A DNA stretch of 64,000 bases from an uncultured bacterium (GTDB lineage Bacteria > Patescibacteriota > JABMPQ01 > CAVVCK01): the NCBI GenBank assembly GCA_963746775.1, contig CAVVCK010000002.1, positions 11,571 to 75,570 of the forward strand, given 5' to 3'. Below, in pieces: positions 59,088 to 64,000 of the stretch (position 1 is the stretch's first letter; every line of letters starts with the position of its first letter). The translations under genes were made by a program, and so were the position numbers. A model generated the notes under the pieces. The model was not told where the DNA came from. It saw only the letters and a list, made by a program, of their open reading frames with translations, and made no database searches.

Positions 59088-60036
59088 AGTTGCTATTATA
59101 TTGTTAAACTATAATGGCCTAAAAGATACTTCGGAATGTTTAGAATCTCTGAAAAAAATAAATTATGATAATTATGAAGTTATAGTAGTGGATAATGCGT
59201 CTAAAAATAATGAAGCTGATATTTTAGAGAGAAATTTTAAAAACTTCGCTAAAATTATAAAATCCAAAGAAAATACTGGTTTCGCTGAAGGAAATAATAT
59301 AGGTATTAGATATGCTATCAAAAATAATGATGATTATATTTTAATACTAAATAATGATACTATTGTTCAACCAGAATTTTTAAAGAATATGATTTTAACA
59401 TCTTTTCATAAAAAGGCAGAAATGGTTTCCCCAAGAATTTATGATTATTATAATAGAAATGAAGTTGATCGTTTGGGTCAAACTTATACAAAATCAGGCT
59501 TATTTTTCGATAGAAAGGATACTAAATATCGCTTATTTACTCTATCTGCCTGTTGTGCTCTTTATTCTGTAAAATTATTAAATTCTGTCACAGAAAATGG
59601 TAATTATTACGATCCAGATTTTTTTATGTATGCCGAAGATAGTGATTTAGGATTCAGAGCTATATTAAAGAATTTTAAATCTGCTATAGCAAATAAAGCA
59701 ATTATTTTTCATAAAGGATCAGCTAGTGCTGGCAAAAAAAGTGATTTTTCGCTGCATTTACTACATCGTAATTCAGCCTGGATAATAATTAAAAATTTAC
59801 CAACTACCATATTAATAAGATATTTTCTTTGGATATTATTAATACAGATTATTATAGTTGTTTATTATATATTCAAAGGAAAACCAAAATTAATTCTAAA
59901 AGCAAAATGGGATTCATTAAAAGGTTTTTCAAAAATGCTTAAAAAAAGAAAATTTATTCAAAAAAACAGAATAATTTCAAATAAAAATTTAATAAAACAA
60001 ATAGAAAATAAACTGATTATAAAAGAATTAATATGA
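59074..60036 (+). CDS. GT2-family glycosyltransferase with a C-terminal TM segment
   Basis: VAIILLNYNGLKDT...VVDNASKNN...ILNNDTIV. Confidence 0.75.
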   Translation: MIMPRVAIILLNYNGLKDTSECLESLKKINYDNYEVIVVDNASKNNEADILERNFKNFAKIIKSKENTGFAEGNNIGIRYAIKNNDDYILILNNDTIVQPEFLKNMILTSFHKKAEMVSPRIYDYYNRNEVDRLGQTYTKSGLFFDRKDTKYRLFTLSACCALYSVKLLNSVTENGNYYDPDFFMYAEDSDLGFRAILKNFKSAIANKAIIFHKGSASAGKKSDFSLHLLHRNSAWIIIKNLPTTILIRYFLWILLIQIIIVVYYIFKGKPKLILKAKWDSLKGFSKMLKKRKFIQKNRIISNKNLIKQIENKLIIKELI

Positions 60037-60806
60037 TTAAAAATCAGTCATTAATTGCAGCTTGTTTAGTAGTATATAATGAAGAAAAGAATATTAGACG
60101 TTGTTTAAAGAGTTTAAAGGGAATAGTCGATGAGATCATTGTTGTGCATGACGGTAAATGTAGTGATAAAACACTGGAAATTGCTAAAGAATTTACTAAC
60201 AAAATTTATATACAACCTCATATAGGAGAAGCTGAGCCTCATCGAGAATTTTCTTTTAGCAAGGCATCGTCAGAATGGATCCTACAAATAGATGCTGACG
60301 AAGCCATCTCTCAGGAATTAAAAAATAACCTAAAAATACTTATTTCTAATAAAGATATTAATGGTTATTATTTATATTGGCCTAAAATGTATAAAGGAAA
60401 ATATATTACACATGGCCCATTAAGTGATTCATATAAGCTTTGCTTATTTAGAAAACATAAAGTTAAGCTTACTGGTATTCCACACGAAATACCAAGTATA
60501 GAAGGAAGAACAAAAAAAGTAAATTATCAGTTAGAGCATTATGAAAAATTTAAAAACGATTGGGAATCATTCAAAACAAAATCAATGAAATGGGCAATAA
60601 TTGATGCCAAATATCGAATTAAAAATGGATATGCTCCAAAAAATAAATATTATTATTTAATAAAAGGTACTACTTATTTCTTCTTAGGCCTTGGGATGAA
60701 TTTCTTCAAAGGTTATTTTTTAAACGGTTGGATAGGTATTCAACATTCATTTTTTTCCGCCGCTTATTATTTTTTTATTAATTATAATATCTTTAAGCTA
60801 AAATAA
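60033..60806 (+). CDS. GT2-family glycosyltransferase
   Basis: LIAACLVVYNEEKNIRRCLKSL...QIDADEAIS. Confidence 0.7.
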   Translation: MIKNQSLIAACLVVYNEEKNIRRCLKSLKGIVDEIIVVHDGKCSDKTLEIAKEFTNKIYIQPHIGEAEPHREFSFSKASSEWILQIDADEAISQELKNNLKILISNKDINGYYLYWPKMYKGKYITHGPLSDSYKLCLFRKHKVKLTGIPHEIPSIEGRTKKVNYQLEHYEKFKNDWESFKTKSMKWAIIDAKYRIKNGYAPKNKYYYLIKGTTYFFLGLGMNFFKGYFLNGWIGIQHSFFSAAYYFFINYNIFKLK

Positions 60807-62339
60807 TAAGTCTTGATTAACTTTATAAACAATAATTTTAATATCTCCATCCTGCATTTCATATACATTTTCAACATAATTCAGATATTCTAGAGAATCT
60901 CCAAATTTCCAATTATACTGTTGAGGAAACCATCCTATGGGTGCATTACGATAATAGATATAAGCTATTTGATTATTTTTTAAATAATTTTTAGCAATTT
61001 TAGAAGAAGGATCTTGTACAAACGGGCTATCTAAGGATGTGAAAATAGTTTTTTTATCATTTAAAAGTAAATCGAAAGGTCCTTTTCTTACTTCTTCGCC
61101 CATAGATGGACTTAGTAAGATAGTACTCCCATCTGAGGTATTATTTTTTAACCATTCGACTGTACTATTATCTCCTCTTAGAAGTTGTGATTTATAAGCT
61201 AAATATTTATCTATTCCCTTGGGAACATTAATAAATAGAAGAATAGAAAAAGCTACTATAGATATAATCTGACATAGTTTATTGTTTTTAAGATATTTTA
61301 GGAAACTAATAATGAAAAAGGCTGAAAAAATGTTGATTATTAAAGCTAATTCTCGAATAACTCTTATTGGATCAGGACTAAAATGTGTAGTAGAACCTAG
61401 AATGAATACAGATAGCCAGCTTAAACAAAATAAAAAGATAATAGTTTTTTTAGCTACCAACTTAGGTATAAAAAACAATGATAGAAATGCAAAAACTAGT
61501 AGATCAAATCCAATCATATCTTTTAATTCCGAAAAACTGGGAACTTTTTGGATATTAATTCCTTGAACTTGACTGCTAGAAGATATTTCTCCTGTTGTTA
61601 TAGTTGATTTAATAGTAGAAAATAAAATTGGAGCAAAATAATCTCCTAAATACCAAAACCAAGCTGGAATAATAGCTAGCACTATAATTAATAAATAAAA
61701 TATTAATATATTTTTTAAAAACTTTGGTTTTTTATTCTTTACAAAATGATAAATTATAAATATTACCGTAAAAAGTCCTAAAATTAATAGAGCATATAAA
61801 AAAGATAATAAATGGAAGATATGAAGAGAAATAAAAATTATAGCTGCGGAGAAACAATAACCAAGTTTACCACTATGAATTAATTTTAAAAATAAATAAA
61901 AAAAGACAAACATCAAAAATTCTGCTGATATGATATCTGCAAATGTCCCATCAGACCAAATCCAATTAGGATGGCTAGAGATTAAAGCAGAGATAATAAC
62001 CACCAATAAGGCTGTTTTAAAACCAAAAATGTAACGTACTAGTACGAAAATAGACAAAAAACAAAGAATAAGTAAAAATGGAGCAAAATACATAACTATA
62101 TTAATAGCATCAGTTCCAATAAATAATGCTAATATGGCAAGAAATATGTGCATTCCTTGAGTATATTCTTGCTTTAGATAACCATTGTTAAGTATAAAAT
62201 CAACAAGAGTAATATGATAGGCAGCATCTCCTCCTGATGGATAAATATATTGGTATTTAAACAAACTAAAATAAACTAAAAATATAAGGAATAAAAATAA
62301 TATTGAAATTATTAATGATTTTATGTTTATAGATTTCAT
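60798..62339 (-). CDS. Polytopic membrane protein, paralog of 49133-50851 (GT-C-like / polymerase-like)
   Basis: See 49133-50851. Confidence 0.45.
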   Translation of the reverse strand: MKSINIKSLIISILFLFLIFLVYFSLFKYQYIYPSGGDAAYHITLVDFILNNGYLKQEYTQGMHIFLAILALFIGTDAINIVMYFAPFLLILCFLSIFVLVRYIFGFKTALLVVIISALISSHPNWIWSDGTFADIISAEFLMFVFFYLFLKLIHSGKLGYCFSAAIIFISLHIFHLLSFLYALLILGLFTVIFIIYHFVKNKKPKFLKNILIFYLLIIVLAIIPAWFWYLGDYFAPILFSTIKSTITTGEISSSSQVQGINIQKVPSFSELKDMIGFDLLVFAFLSLFFIPKLVAKKTIIFLFCLSWLSVFILGSTTHFSPDPIRVIRELALIINIFSAFFIISFLKYLKNNKLCQIISIVAFSILLFINVPKGIDKYLAYKSQLLRGDNSTVEWLKNNTSDGSTILLSPSMGEEVRKGPFDLLLNDKKTIFTSLDSPFVQDPSSKIAKNYLKNNQIAYIYYRNAPIGWFPQQYNWKFGDSLEYLNYVENVYEMQDGDIKIIVYKVNQDLLF

Positions 62340-64000
62340 TAAATTTGTTCTATTTCTATTGATTTAAGATATAAATCCATAACATTATTATAAAATAACT
62401 TAAATTCCAGATTTTTATCAGCTCCACTATTTTCGAAAATAATTGAATGTTTTTTAAATATATTACTAATATCTTGGGGGGATATATTCTCTCGTTTTAT
62501 AACTTCTTGTTTATTAAGGTCAGAAATTTCTATAAAAGCAGCATTTTCCTCAGAATTTTTATCATTTATATTTTCTCCTTTCAGATTAAAACTTATTTTA
62601 TATTGTCCCTTTGGTAACGACCAGTATGGCCCGAAAGCCATAAAAGCAGCTTTATCAACATCTCTTTGGGCAAATAAAATATCTTTATTGTCTTGCTGTA
62701 TAATTTTACCAGTTATATGTGGAATATTATTAGCTGAAATTGCCATTTTAGGTACATTTTTAATTTCATACAAAGATGCTTCTTGCTCATCTGTTAATTT
62801 TTTAGAATATATTTTTTGAAGTTCAAATTTATCTTTTGGATTAGCAAATTCTGCACCAGGATATGGTTTGGTGATAATTGAATCCATATCGACATTATAG
62901 AAAATTGCATAGTCAGCTTGGAGTGCGTTATTTGAGGAATAGGGATATTTAATTTCAGTTAGGAAGTCATCTTGTTTTATATAATACTGAAAATTTTCTT
63001 TATTAAAATAAGATGTATTTTTATAATACATATTCAAGATTGCTTTTTCTTCGAAATCACCATTATTTCCTATTTCTTTCAAAAATTCTTGAATATAATT
63101 ATTTTCAGAATCATTTTTTAATTTAAAAACAAGCAATTCGTCATCTTCATAAAAGAAATCAAATAAATCTAACTTATTAATTAATTCTTGATAATTACTT
63201 TTTTCAACATCTAATAAATATTTTTTATTCATTACTACATATTCAATTTTTTGCTGAATGACATTTTCTTTGATAGCATCCAGATTATTAAATATTTCTA
63301 ACTTGATTCCATTATTTATTTTTCGATCCATATTAAGAAATGGGTATGAGAAAATATTATTTTTATAATCATCTACGATATTTGTCTTATTCATATCATA
63401 ATCAATTAATTTAGAATCTAATATCTTTTTTTCTCCATACATTTCTGGCTCAAAGCTATAATTTGTATGAACTGGATATTGCCAGATATTTGAACCGTTA
63501 ATATCATAATAAATTTTTGGTATAGTAATATCATTAACTTCTTCATATTTGACATTGCTTATGGCAATAGTTTTGAATCTTTCATCCTCATTATTAACAA
63601 TTTGTGGATTATTATTTATATCAGCAATATTAAATTTTATTTCGTTTTCGCCTGGCTTAAGATCATCAATATAAATTTCATATGCTTTTCTTATTGGTCC
63701 AACCACATACCCCCCTTTTATATTATCATTTAGTAAAATATTTACTCGTCGAAATTCTTCTCTAGAATTTATTTCAAAATATAATTTTATTTTTTTATTT
63801 TCTTTAGAAAAATTATTTACAATCAAAGTTGAATTATTTAATGACCATTTATAGATATTATTTTCTTCATTATTTTCTGTATAACTAGACCAATTTTCTC
63901 CCTCAGACAATATTATATCTTTATTTGGTTGATATCCTATTTCATACACAAGAGTATCCTTGTCTTCCGTTTTTTCTGAATAATTAATTGAAGTTTCTAT
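62339..64000 (-). CDS. Hypothetical protein; the reading frame stays open to the window edge and is probably 5'-incomplete
   Basis: No stop codon upstream of the GTG/Met at 63949 within the window; no recognisable motifs. Confidence 0.4.
   Translation of the reverse strand: METSINYSEKTEDKDTLVYEIGYQPNKDIILSEGENWSSYTENNEENNIYKWSLNNSTLIVNNFSKENKKIKLYFEINSREEFRRVNILLNDNIKGGYVVGPIRKAYEIYIDDLKPGENEIKFNIADINNNPQIVNNEDERFKTIAISNVKYEEVNDITIPKIYYDINGSNIWQYPVHTNYSFEPEMYGEKKILDSKLIDYDMNKTNIVDDYKNNIFSYPFLNMDRKINNGIKLEIFNNLDAIKENVIQQKIEYVVMNKKYLLDVEKSNYQELINKLDLFDFFYEDDELLVFKLKNDSENNYIQEFLKEIGNNGDFEEKAILNMYYKNTSYFNKENFQYYIKQDDFLTEIKYPYSSNNALQADYAIFYNVDMDSIITKPYPGAEFANPKDKFELQKIYSKKLTDEQEASLYEIKNVPKMAISANNIPHITGKIIQQDNKDILFAQRDVDKAAFMAFGPYWSLPKGQYKISFNLKGENINDKNSEENAAFIEISDLNKQEVIKRENISPQDISNIFKKHSIIFENSGADKNLEFKLFYNNVMDLYLKSIEIEQI

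Noticed and set aside
41672-61566. Scattered 62-94-aa ORFs antisense to the flippase, GT-C and membrane-protein genes (41672, 45913, 46908, 51681, 51890, 61282)
   Set aside because: Antisense or alternative frames of confident polytopic membrane protein genes.

Overview
AT-rich (roughly 28-30% GC) bacterial chromosomal segment read with the standard code; TGG is used for Trp and ORFs are intact. The gene content resembles Patescibacteria (CPR) or a low-GC Gram-positive, but that is my inference only. Every family assignment below rests on motifs I could read in the six-frame translations, with no database search.

Layout:
(1) 1-31.5 kb: housekeeping genes (ahcY 3' end, rhodanese, def-fmt, priA, AMMECR1, tagA-like, gltX, M23 peptidase, 2-hydroxyacid dehydrogenase, iscU-iscS, rpmA, pyrG, rplI, acyP, S41 ctp) interspersed with secreted and surface proteins. 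Two of these carry a shared FG-GAP/VCBS C-terminal module and one is a 1271-aa adhesin-like protein. This stretch also holds a 1.5-kb gene-poor region and a small cluster of GC-rich structured repeats flanking a RAYT (IS200-like Y1 transposase) remnant and an orphan Phd/YefM antitoxin.
(2) 31.5-40.3 kb: a compositionally distinct island (about 40-45% GC) encoding zn-ribbon ORF - mrr - hsdM - hsdS - cytoplasmic trypsin-like serine protease - hsdR, all on the minus strand. The last four genes are 2-10 nt apart. The protease embedded in the type I R-M operon is the most interesting candidate for an undescribed defence module.
(3) 40.3-64 kb: a glycan biosynthesis cluster with at least 9 GT4/GT2 glycosyltransferases, three paralogous Wzx-like flippases, a GtrB/Dpm1-like polyprenol-phosphate sugar synthase, and several GT-C-like multi-pass membrane proteins.

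Three apparent frameshifts (def, AMMECR1, the RAYT remnant) all sit in A/T homopolymer runs. I found no rRNA, tRNA or CRISPR array.
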